This document shows positions 12,207-23,439 of a stretch of 35,139 bases of DNA, piece after piece. The DNA is from Jimgerdemannia flammicorona (Eukaryota): the NCBI GenBank assembly GCA_003990765.1, contig RBNJ01000260.1, positions 1-35,139 of the forward strand. The letters run 5' to 3'. The position numbers and the translations under genes were made by a program. Each line of letters starts with the position of its first letter. Position 1 is the first letter of the stretch. A model generated the notes under the pieces. The model did not search any database. It had not been told where the DNA came from and saw nothing but the letters and a program-made list of their open reading frames with translations.

Positions 12207-12608
12207 TGTAACAGTTCTAGTTTCTAAATGAGAAAGTGACTAGTTCTGATAATCCTAAGTAGCTCAAAGAGATACTAAGAATTCAAGTGTTCTCGAAGGA
12301 TTTCTGAGCAAAAATATTCTGAGGCTTTATTCATGAGAACAAAGGGGATATTTATATAAGATCTGAAGGAAGGATCCAGAAGGATCTGAGAAATCAAAAG
12401 AAAATTCCAAGAGGAAAGTTCTCAGCAAAGATGACAAATGATGATAAATAAAGTTCTATAAGTTTCCAGGATATTCCGTGACTAGCTAAATAAGTACTAG
12501 TTAATACTTAGTACCAAGAAGGGGATTTCTAAGTATGCGGAAAGTGCTGGAAGGTTATAGAATATTCAAGAAAGACAGAAAAGAAATAAACTATGCTAAA
12601 GTATTACA
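12207..12608 (-). repeat. 3' LTR of element B (402 bp)
   Basis: TGTAA...TTACA; aligns with 17819-18222. Confidence 0.95.
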
Positions 12609-12621
12609 TCTCCCCCTCCTT
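12609..12621 (-). other. Polypurine tract of element B
   Basis: AAGGAGGGGGAGA on the minus strand, abutting the 3' LTR. Confidence 0.9.
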
Positions 12622-12936
12622 AAGAATCAATATTCTCATTGAATTCTCAAAGTTACACATAATAAACAGTAAGACTAAAAGAAACTTCAAACTAAATATA
12701 TCAACTCATTGGCAAGGATTGGCCATCTTTGTATAAGGTAAGGGCCAAAGTATTATCTTGATTGGATGAGAACTGGTTTGAACCTCATTAATTGTAGGAT
12801 TTATAGAGTTTTCCTATATCTTTTGTCTCTGATGCTGTATCCCTTAGAGAGCCCTGATACATAATATGCCTGATCAGTACAGTAGGTCATCTACTATTCA
12901 AGGAGAGAACCTCATGGATAGTCAATGAGTTTCTTT

Positions 12937-15900
12937 TTACTCAAACTCTTGGATGAGGTCTTGGGAATTCTTGAGATTGGTGACAGGTTCCCAGATAGTA
13001 TCATATTCAGAGTAACCCATCTGCTTGATTAGGTATTCTGTGTGACAGTATCAGACTTGCTTGTCTAAGATTTTCTCAACTTCATACTCAATGTGGTCTT
13101 TAACTATGACTGGTGTTGATGGTGTCAGAATTCAGCTAAGATATGAAGGTGACTAGTTCTAGACCTTGAGTTATGACATATGAAATACTGGGTATATATG
13201 CATAGTTGTTGGCAAGTTGAGGTGGTAAGACCAGGTAGAGACTTGCTCAGTGATCTCAAAGGATCCAAGGTACTTGGGCTAGAATTTGGCTGACTGGCAG
13301 TTAACTTGAGATTGAACCTTGATATTGTCAGCTTTGAGTAGAACCATATCACCAATATTGTATATGATATCTCACCGCTTCTTATCTGCATACTTAGCTT
13401 GATATTGCTGAGCCTTTTGCAGGTTTATAGTAGTGATCTTGAGAAGGGAATCCATTTTGTCAATAAGGTTCTGGGCTGTAGAGACTTGTGTGTGACTGGA
13501 TTGCTGGAATGAGACTAGGCTTGTAGGGGTCTCAGGGTTTTGACCATGAAGTAGCTGAAATGGGGAAAGGTCAGTTGACAATTGGTTGGTATTGTTGTAG
13601 GCAAACTCAGTATAGGTCAGATAGTGGTCCCAATCATCTTGCTCATAAGACATATAGTTTCTGAGCATTTGTTCAAGTATTCTGTTTATTCGCTCTATCT
13701 GTCCATCAGTTTGAGGATAGAAGGCAGTAGATATAGCAATTTGGGTTCCAAGGGTCTTGAAGAGTGCTTGCCAGAAGTGACTTGTGAACTTGGGATCATG
13801 GTCACTGATAATTACTTGGGGAAGTCCATAATGGTGAATTCAAGGAAAAGTACACCATCAAGGACAATCTTGTGTACTATTAAGACAAAGTATATATTCC
13901 TGCCAACTCTGAACTATGGTACAAGATTCTTCATGAACATCATGACTCCCCACTAGCCAGTTACCTTGAAACTGAGAAGACCATCAAGAATATCCAATGA
14001 GACTACTACTGACCAAATATGCTCAAGGAAATCAAGAAGTATATCCAAAGCTATGATCTTTATCAAAGAAACAAGTCAAGCAACCAAGTACCTACCGGTC
14101 TTCTACAACTCTTATCAATTCTGACCAAGAAGTTCAAACAAGTCACAATGGACTTCATTGTGCAACTCCCACAAACCAAAACAGGCTATGATGCTATTGC
14201 TGTGTTTGTGGACCATCTCACTAAGATTACAATCACCAAGCCAACCACAACCAATGCCACTGCCCCAGAAATTGCAAGAATCTTCTTCAAGACTGTCTTT
14301 TCTTGATATTCCTTTGTAGAACCAGAGAGTCTTATTTGTATGCCTTCTTGATCTGATTGTAGAATTCAGATGCCACAGTGACTTGTAAGATCATGACAAG
14401 ATCAGGTCTTCTTAACAGTGCATCTGGTACAACTAGAGTTTTGCCAGACTTGTAGATGATGTTTGGGGTAAAGGTCTGAAGTAGTTGACTCCACTTGGCT
14501 TGTTGGTGAGAAAGAGTTGATTGAGTGTTGATGTACTGAAGGGACCTGTGATCAGTAATCATGTTGAACTCAACTTCTTCTAGATAGTATCACTAGGTCT
14601 TGAGGGCATACATGATTGCCAGGAGTTCCTTTTCATGAGTAGCCAGCTTTTGTTCTGCTGGGGACAATTTTCTTAACTCAAAGGCAATAGGTTGGTGTCC
14701 TTGACCATTATCTTGAGAAATGACTGCACTAATGGCAAAGTTAGATGCATCTGTAGTGACTGTAAACTTCAAGTTTGGGTCTATGTTTCTCAGGACAGGT
14801 GCATGGGTCAGGTGGTTCTTGAGTTCTTGAAAAGCTTGTTGACAGAAAGAATCCCAGATATAGGGGACATAGAGATCAGAGTTGGGTTCCTTTCACAGGA
14901 GGTTTGTCAAAGATTCTGCAATGCCAGAGAAGTTTTTAACAAATCGATGATAGTATCCAGCCAGACCAAGGAAGGACCTGAGTTCAGTGAGGTTTGCTGG
15001 TACAGGCCACTGTTCAATGACTTGTATTTTCCTTGGGTTTACTTGAATTTTGGCTGATACAATGTGTCCAAGGTATTCAACTTGATCCTTGAAAAATTCA
15101 CATTTCTTGAGCTTGTTCTTGCAGAGAATCTTGAGGACTTGTTCAATGTGCTTGAGGTGTTCTTCTTCAGTGCTACTAAAGATCAGGATGTCATCAATGT
15201 ATATAAGTACAAAGATATAGAGCTGATCCTTGAAGACAGTTTGCATGAGATCTTGAAAGATTTCTGGCACATTAGTGAGACCAAAGGCTATGACTAGAAA
15301 TTCATAGAGTCCAAAGGGTATTATGAAGGCAGTCTTGGATATGTCTTCTGGCTTGATTCGAATTTGGTGATACCCAGAGGTGAGATCAATCTTAGTGAAG
15401 TACTTTGCATTTTTGAGAGCATCAAAGATTTGATCTATGAGTAGTAGTGGGTAATAGTTCTTGACTATGATTTTGTTGAGTGCTCAGTAGTTTATATATA
15501 TTCACAGAGTATTATCCTTTTTCTTGACAAATAGGACTGGGAAACCAAAGGGTGACTTGCTTGGCTGAATGGCTCCTTGCTCGATGAGTTCATTGAGTTT
15601 CTTCTTGACTGCTTCAATTTTGAGTAGAGATATATAGTATATTTTCTTCTTAGATATAGCTGCATCAGGTACCAACTTGATTTCATAGTCATGGTCTCTT
15701 GACAGTGATAGACCAGGTAGTTTGTCCAGGAAGATATTCTTGTACTTGTTCAGTAGTAACTTGACACTTTCACTAATTGATAGCTTCTTGTCTTCTTTCT
15801 TTGGTCAGATCAGTGCCACAAAGGCACAGATAGCTTTCTTGAGGGCCTTCTTGAACTAAATTGCTGAAAGGGTAGCAATTGGGGTTCTCATCTGAGTCTT

Positions 15901-16265
15901 GTCTGACTTGATGATAATGTTGGCTTCATCTTGAATCAAGATGACTTCATTCTTGGTCCAATAAATCTGAGGGTTGTGCCATGTAAGCCAGGGTTTGCCT
16001 AGGATCAGGTCATGGTCTCCTAGTGGTACTACCTCAAAATCTAAATGTTTCCAGTATTTCTGAATCTTGAGGGGAAGTTTAGCAGCAATTGAGTCAATTG
16101 GTAAGGTGGTGCCATCTGTGGTGACAACTCCACCATTCTTGCTAGCTGGTTTGGTAAGAATCTTGAGCTTGTCGATGAGGTTCTTGTTGATGAAGTTCCC
16201 AACAGCTCTACTGTATGAGAACATCTAGTTCTTGTCCCTTGACTAGACCTTTGAAAATGAGCATT
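12937..16265 (-). pseudogene. Pol of element B: protease, reverse transcriptase, RNase H, integrase, chromodomain
   Basis: DLILGKPWL (PR), IYIDDILI and LRSFLGLAGYY (RT), DASNFA and ITDHRSL (RH), MDFI and ISDHDPKF (IN), EYEVEKIL...WEPVTNL (chromodomain). Many stops and some frameshifts. Confidence 0.95.
13837..14300 (+). other. 464-bp inverted segment of the element B integrase
   Basis: Integrase N-terminal part (HEHHDSP...VTMDFIVQLP...IFFKTVF) reads on the plus strand inside a minus-strand pol. Confidence 0.93.
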
Positions 16266-16300
16266 GAATTGGCTCAGTTCTCAGCTATACTTGCAACTTT

Positions 16301-16711
16301 ATCAGTACTGTCAAAGCCTTTCTGATCTCACTTAGTTGAAGGCAGCTTGGTGACTTCTTTGACAACTGGTAGGGTAGCTCACTCCAGAATGAGCTATGCA
16401 ATTCTGTCTCCTTCATTGACAGTATATGGTTGGTTCTTGTGGTTGACTAGCAGGACTTGCATTTCACCTTGGAAGTCAGGGTCAATGACTTCAGTACTAA
16501 CATTCAATGAATACTTAAAACTGAGGCCAGATCTTAGTACAATTCTTGCATAATATTCCTTGGGGATTTCGACTGAAAGGCCAGTTGGAATGAGCCTTCT
16601 TTCATATGCAGGAATAGTGACTTATTGTACTGCTTGAAGGTCCAAACCAATGGCTCCTTCTGACTGTGCTTGAGAGATCTGGGCCTTGGGGTTGACTCAT
16701 ATGAAATTGAG
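16301..16711 (-). pseudogene. dut: dUTPase domain of element B
   Basis: GAIGLDL, ARIVLRSGL, VIDPDFQGEM, GDRIA*LI, *DQKGFDST motifs. Confidence 0.93.
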
Positions 16712-16789
16712 TATAACTTCTTGTTCAACTGATTGACCTTGAGTGTCTTTGGACAGGACCAGGATCCTCTTTGGTTTAGCAGTTTTCTT

Positions 16790-17697
16790 GGGACATTTAG
16801 TTGCAATATGACCAGACTGATGGCAAAAGAAGCAGGCTCTAGCCTTCTTGAGGCACTTCTTTTTCTTGGGTGTAAGCTTGCCTTTCTTATTCTTGTTAAT
16901 GGTGTCTAGGTCTATGGGGGCAGGTCCAATAGTTCTGACTTTGGATTCCTCCCTTCTGTGGTTGTTGTTGTTAAAAGGCAGTCTCTTCTGTTCAAAGTGG
17001 TAACCATAGTGATGACATCAAATCTATCAGCAATCTTCATTGCTGTATCTAGATCCCTGAGTTCTTCTAGTTCAACACAAACTCAGGTTTGACCTTTCAG
17101 GCCTCAGATATACTTGTCAACCTTCTTATTTTCAGTGATATATAGTAATTCTAGCAGGATTGACAAGAATTGTACATTGTATGCTTGCACAGACTTGAGT
17201 TGTTTGACATTTACCAGATAGTCTCACATGGCCTTGGTGCTGTTGACTGGTTTGAATTAGCCTTAAATAGCATCAGTGAATTCACCCCAGGTCTTGATTC
17301 AGTCAGAGAATCTGATATTCTGGATATGATTTTACCACCAGATTGCAGCATTTCCTCAGAGGAGTATAGTGGTGAATTGGACTAGTGTTGCTTCTTCCAA
17401 ATTGGTCAGTTCTCCATATTGCTCTAATTGGAAAAGCCAGGCATCAGTAGACAGTCCTTCTCTTTGACCATTAAAAGTATCAAGCTTCTGAGGCTTGATA
17501 GTGACTGCTATCAGATATATTGATGTCGATAGAGGTGCAGAGGTATGAGCAGAGGTCTTGCTTTTCTTTCTTTCTATGCATTCTTGAAGTTGAGCAATCT
17601 GAGCTAATATAGTCTGCAAAAGACTCTCAATGGCCCCATTTGACTGAGTAGGGTTTTGCTGTTCCTCTTCTTCTTGCTGATTATATATATGAGACAT
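16790..17697 (-). pseudogene. Gag of element B
   Basis: KLDTFNG...AWLFQLEQY capsid start, PAPIDLD motif, intact knuckle CFFCHQSGHIATKC at ~16834-16793. Confidence 0.9.
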
Positions 17698-17798
17698 TAT
17701 CTGGACCATAGATACTATATGAAGGGTTCTACCCATTATCCTCTATAGTATTGTGACTGATATCTTGAGAGGTGTCTTGATAAGGCTAGGTATAACTT

Positions 17799-17816
17799 AA
17801 CCACCTGCTGCTACCA
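17799..17816 (-). other. 18-nt primer-binding site of element B (initiator tRNA-Met type)
   Basis: TGGTAGCAGCAGGTGGTT two bases from the 5' LTR; TGGTAGC matches the 3' end of fungal and animal initiator tRNAs. Confidence 0.85.
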
Positions 17817-17818
17817 AG

Positions 17819-18222
17819 TATAATGGTTCTAGTTTCTAAATGAGGAAGTGACTAGTTCTGGTAGTCCTAAGTAGCTCAAAGAGATACTAAGAATTTAAGT
17901 GTTCTCAAAGAATTTCTGAGTGAAAATATTCTGAGGCTTTATTCATGAGAACAAAGGGGATATTTATACAAGATCTGAAGGAAGGATCCAGAAGGATCTG
18001 AGAAATCAAAAGAAAATACCAAGAAGAAAGTTCTCAGCAAAGATGACAAATAATAACAAATAAAGTTCTATAAGTTTCCAGAATATTCTGTAACTAGCTA
18101 AATAAGTACTAGTTAATACTTGGTACCAAGAAGGAGATTTCTAAGTATGCGAAAAGTGCTGGAAGATTATAGAATATTCAAGAAAGATAAAGAAAAGAAA
18201 TAAACTATGCTAAAGTATTACA
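17819..18222 (-). repeat. 5' LTR of element B (404 bp)
   Basis: Copy of 12207-12608, flanked by TSD GATAA. Confidence 0.95.
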
Positions 18223-19249
18223 GATAAGATTATTTTTTAATTTTTGATTTATTTTTTATTATTAAAGCCAGCTTATTTATATATTTTTTATCTGTATTTG
18301 TTGCAATATCTAAAGCTCTCAGCTTATACTTATTGTACTTATTGTGATATTCAAAGCTCTCAGCTTATGCTTGTTACTTGTAGAATTATAGACTAGTACT
18401 TATATATTTACTTACTAGTACTAATATAATAAATTGGAGTATTTGTCATTGAATAATATATCTTTAACTTAGTAATAGCTGCAGTTAGTGTCAGGTAAAT
18501 AATATTCAGCTCTTCTATATGTTTTTGAATTTCTTGATCATTATCTACCAATATATTTATTAAAAAGTTATAAATAAGAATAATAGAATAAATTATTGAA
18601 TATTTATAATGAGCCTTAAGATTTATTACTTATTTAAAGCACTTTAGCATACTAATAATATCTTTTAGTATCTGCTAAGTATAATCTTCTATATTTTTAT
18701 AAATCTTTATTAGCTATAACTGTTAAGATTAAAGGCTATTAATAAATTAATTCATTAGATTATTTAAAGAAAAAACTGAAAAATAAAAAAATTAAATATA
18801 ATATAATCAGCTTATCTCTGATAATTCTAAGATCTATTCAACTATTAAATATATTGAATTTCATTAAGTTTTAATATCTAAAATATATAAGTTCTTTTAG
18901 ATTATAGACTCTAAAAGCTTTATATTATGTAGCAAATCTCTCTCAATATTGTAATGATGACTGGATCTTAATAATAATTAATCAGAGCATTGAAATTATT
19001 TCTTCAGAACTATCTTTACTTATATCATCATTAGCTTTTATATAAATAGACTAAAAAGTCCTGAACAGTCAAATTAATAATATAAGTCAAATAGTATATA
19101 TGTATTATATTTACTGATAGTTAAGGCCAGTATAATTGAACTCTGTCTTGATTGTTTGAAAAAATGTAGAATTGTTGGATATATTATCCATTATTATAGC
19201 TAACATCTAGAGTGAAAAATCAATAATTCAAATATAAGATAAAAATCTT

Positions 19250-19430
19250 ATCTTTTTCAAAAACCTGACCTTTTTCAAAAACCTAACCTTTTTTGAAAAC
19301 CTAACTATTTTTGAAAACTTAAAACTCAACCTTTTTTTTGAAAACTTGACTATTTTTGAAAACTCAACTTTTTCAAAAATCTGACCTTTTTTGAAAATCT
19401 AATCTTCTTAAAATATGATCCTTTTGAAAG
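19250..19430. repeat. ~18-bp tandem array inside a probable hAT transposase intron
   Basis: Roughly 8-9 units of TTTTT(CA/TG)AAAACCTGACC between the SENLA and MDNISNN motifs; acceptor-like TAG near 19207. Confidence 0.75.
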
Positions 19431-20109
19431 ACTTGTTCTCTATATATCTTTATCTATATGCTAAAATCTCAAACATAGTTCACAAAGGTACCAGCAAGAT
19501 TTTCACTCAAATAAGATCTTGACAGCTTGATAAAATCAATTAATATATAGTTAAGTTATCAATTTTGACAAATCTAGTATACATTAATTTCAAGAAATAT
19601 ATATATTAGATGATATCTATGTATCAATAATGAAGAATATTTAATCAGATACATTCTATTTCTAAATAAATAAATTGAAATAAGATTAATTCAAAGTTAT
19701 TCAACTTTGAAATATTTGAATTCATATTTAATATTAAAATATTAAATCTTACTTATAGTGTAATTTTGATAGTATCTCATTTTCAGTGAAAGATCAGTCT
19801 AATTTCATTTTGTATAGTTCCAGTAGAAGGAATAGTAATGTCCAGATTCAGATGATAAAAAAGATCTTTTAGCTCTAAATTCTCAACAATTACTATTATA
19901 GATAATTCAGCAAATAAGTTTATCTTGAAATAACTTTATAGAGAATCTTAGCTATTTAAAAAATTATTAAGTAGTAATGAATTAATAGTAAAAAAAGAAA
20001 AAAAAGCAGACAAATTATATAAAAACTATACTTTTTAAAAAAAAAGACTCTATTACTTCTATTTGACAACTCTTATAATTTGTTAAAATATACTAATAAA
20101 TTTGTTATC

Positions 20110-22090
20110 AGATAGAAGGTCAATGTGGAGTTCTGGGTACAAATAGTTGCTATGAAAGTAGCCATATTGAAGGCCAGCTAAATGATACTGAACTAGTGAT
20201 TGGTCTAGATGAGTACATAAGGCATCATGCTAAGTCTCCAAGTAGTAATAAATGCAAGGGTTGGAAGCCAGCAGAGGAGTAGCCAAATTAGCTATAGTGA
20301 ACAAGATATGCTATAGCTGTGTGGGGCTCATAGCAGAAAATACAAATGTGGGATCTGCTGCAATTGCTGTAACAGCTATAGCTATTGAAGTTCCAGTAGA
20401 TGGAGCTAGGGGTACCATTATAGAATAAGAGATTATCTGGTTTAACAGAAAATGCTGGACATTGGAGAGGTGCTTAGGTATAGAAAGTAGATGAATGTCC
20501 CCACACTCTATACTGAAAGTACAGAAGAGATCATGTAGATGAGTTTTTGGAGCTGATGGGTGAGATAGCAGAATATGTAACAGTTTGATTGATATGTTAC
20601 TGGGACAGATGCCAGTTGGCTGATAACTGTCTTGAAGGTATGCTGCACTATCTCTGGATTGCCAATATTTAGCTCTGGGAAGGAAGCCTTCAAGGTATAG
20701 ATCTGGTAGTCAAAATGCTATAGTGCAGCCTAGTTGTAACAGTCATTAATGACTTTAATGACAAAGATAATATAGGCTAAGAGCTGGGCTACATATGCTA
20801 TGTGGGTTGCAGACTTCATGGTCTCAAGAGCCAGTAGTATGCTATGAATGTTGAAGAGGACCTTGAGCCAGAAGGAGAAGTTGAGATCATAATTGAGCAA
20901 AGAGTTATCTATTTTCCACTTAGTATTGACTTATAAGAGTAGTATAGAGCCTGTCTATTTAGCTAGAATTTGATAATCCCCTATATTAAGGGAGGCTAGG
21001 AGATCTGCCAGTACCTAGTCACATCATAAAACTATGTCAGAAACAAAGGATGACTGAGACTCACTATATGGCACTGGCATGGTAGGAGTCTGTAGACCAA
21101 GAGAAAGGGCTGGAAGCAGGATAATGGAGTTTAGACCATCTAGAGCTGGGCCAAACAGTACTACAGAAGAGAAGGCTAGAGATACAGGTATCAGGACTAA
21201 GAGAGGGTTGCCTGTGAGGCATGCTATGATAGTAGAGAGAAGGCACTCAATTAATATATCATCTATAAGTGAACCAATCTAAGATACTAAAACAAATAAC
21301 AGATAAGAGTCTTCAAGCCATATAATTAATATATTTTTAGTATCATTGACAGGTAACTCATATTTGCAGCAGAGTACAATGAGATGCTCCTTCCATGATA
21401 TGTATAAGCCAGCTATATTTAGAATTAATGAGTATGTATAAGATGGAGTTAGTATAGATACTGACTAAATACTTTAAGAATAGTATATAGAGGGCATATA
21501 TATGTATATATAAAAACAACTTAGGAGCTACTACTAGAGACTAATGTTATATAAAGTACTAATGCTAAACTATTGTTTGGCCTATTGTTCAGTTAGATAA
21601 TGAGGGGTGGGGTGTACTACCCTATAGCAAATAAAGGCACTCCCAAATTGTACTAACTAAGTATACTATAGTTAAGATAAACTGAAATAAGCTAAAGACC
21701 TGGCTGAAACTATACTATATGTACTAAAACAGACTGTTCTAGACTCCTCCCACCTCAGGGACTTTGCTACAGTTTGAATTATATTTATAACTCTGATTAT
21801 TTCTTATAATAATAATAAAGATATTAATAATAAAATAATTTATTGCCTAAGATAGTTGAGAGATAATTTATAGCTAGATGACAATTTTCAAAAAAGGACC
21901 ACTGAGAACAATTATAGATAATAATGAGGATGTTGGCTGGCAATGAAGACATTGACAATGAGGACATTGGCAATGAGAATCAGTCAAAAAATCACTATGT
22001 GACTGCTCTTTTGGACATGTATACCTGCATACTATTATGGTCCCATAATTAGGAGCACAGATGTTACACCACATCATATCTAAGGAATGG
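20110..22090. other. Unidentified CpG-depleted decayed sequence, probably another repeat
   Basis: Near absence of CpG; composition differs from the hAT; no motif recognised. Confidence 0.4.
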
Positions 22091-22586
22091 ATAAGGGGAC
22101 GATATGCAAGGAACATGACTTGGTAAAACCGATAATCCCTTTTGGTATCCAACTGTGGCTTTGCTCCGTATGTCAAACATGTCTTTCGCACTTTAGGATA
22201 GCGCTTGGTCAAGCGAAGGTGAAAGCATTTTCCAGGGCACAGATTAAATTTTCGTGTGATGAGCCCGTTCGCCAAGGGAGTAACAAAGAATGTGATCACC
22301 GAAGCCAGAAAGGTTCTTCCAAGCCTTCGACAAAACAAGTTTACTCGGCCAAAAAAGGGGGGAAAGAAGCTCTCTCCCTTCTGTGCTGCCTCTGTCATAC
22401 AGCCGGAAATGTTCAAACGGCGCAGGGGCTTTGTTTATCGCATTCCGCTGGCATGGACGGTACAGCAACTTGACGTCAATATTTTATGTCTATATTGGCT
22501 CGTTGTTACACAAGCGTCGCTGGGTCGCGAGATAGACTTCGTCTATCTCTGTAACCCCTCTCCATCTTCTCTCAATTTTATACACC

Positions 22587-23323
22587 ATGTCCATGATTCT
22601 CGACCTCACCAAACAGCCTACTTACGGAAGTGTTATGCCATCGCCACCTTCGCGAGCATCGACCTTGGTTTCAGACACGAGCTCCGAAGTCGACACGCTA
22701 GTCGTATACGTTTCGACGCTGGCACTATTATGGCAAAACCTAAAGCAGTTCTATAACGAGAATCTGTCATTTTCCTTGTCCCTAGAGAATAAAGGTAGCG
22801 TGGCTAGAGATCATCTCTGTAAGTAAACCTTGATTGTTTATTTGCCTTCAAAGACTTTTCGACATAGGTCTCTACTGCGGGATATAGGCTTCTCACCTTT
22901 CCAAATCGCCTCAATTTAGCCAACGAAAGGACGTTCCTCGCCTGGGTCCGTACGTCTTTCTCGGTGATCACCTGCGGAATAGGTAATATTTTATTCAAGT
23001 CATCCAATATACCGTTTTCTTCACAAACACCGACTCTATCTCAATTCGTCTGCCACCCCTCCGCCCACACCGCAGCCGCGACGCAACTCATTGAGATGAA
23101 CGACACCAAACGGAAGCAGACCAATGTAGCCAAAAGCGTCGGCATGACCTTCATCATTTTGGGGATGCTCTTTGTCTTGTTTGGTGCGTCACGATACCTT
23201 AACTCGCAGGCCGCAATGACAAAGGGCATGTACCCCGTGGGGCGCACAACGTTCGCGTTGGCGGCGATGACGAGCATCGCCGTCGCGTTGGTCGCGGCGT
23301 CGATGGTGACGGTTGTGGGATAG
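22587..23323 (+). CDS. DUF202 (YidH/Vtc1-related) small membrane protein, 3 exons
   Basis: Exons 22587-22818, 22920-22982, 23076-23323 with GT-AG introns give NKGSVARDHLSNERTFLAWVRTS plus three hydrophobic segments. Confidence 0.88.
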
Positions 23324-23439
23324 AATTAGATCGATAAAAAATATTTGGTGCTAAGCGCGATCTTGACATTGTAAATGTAAATGTAGATAATGTCCGTTTT
23401 CGTTGTTCCCCGATCCGATGTGTGACAAGACAATCACCG

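Larger units (their letters stand above)
12207..18222 (-). mobile_element. Ty3/Gypsy chromovirus-like LTR retrotransposon B, full-length but decayed
   Basis: LTRs 12207-12608 and 17819-18222; TSD GATAA at 12202-12206 and 18223-18227. Order Gag-ZnK-dUTPase-PR-RT-RH-IN-chromodomain. Confidence 0.97.
11116..20110 (-). mobile_element. Decayed hAT-superfamily DNA transposon with intron-containing transposase, interrupted by element B; right edge approximate
   Basis: Motif remnants FIIDT*ISSN (~19620), SYLSENLA, AIIMDNISNN (~19180), HIYYLTYIINLTVQDFL (~19080), LDIKT**NSIYLIVE (~18860), AITKLKIYY (~18465). TAGTACTCTCAA terminus-like sequence at 11116. Confidence 0.8.

Noticed and set aside
14019..14306. 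Separate plus-strand integrase gene or third LTR element
   Set aside because: It is exactly the piece missing from the element B integrase; an inversion explains it.
19250..19430. CRISPR-like appearance of the tandem arrays
   Set aside because: No unique spacers, degenerate units, eukaryotic context, no cas genes.
21845..21870. Possible second hAT terminal inverted repeat (TTGAGAG)
   Set aside because: Match to the 11116 end is too short and no 8-bp TSD is evident.
21874..22756. Overlapping ORFs of 74-180 aa
   Set aside because: No recognisable motifs; they overlap each other and the upstream region of the DUF202 gene.
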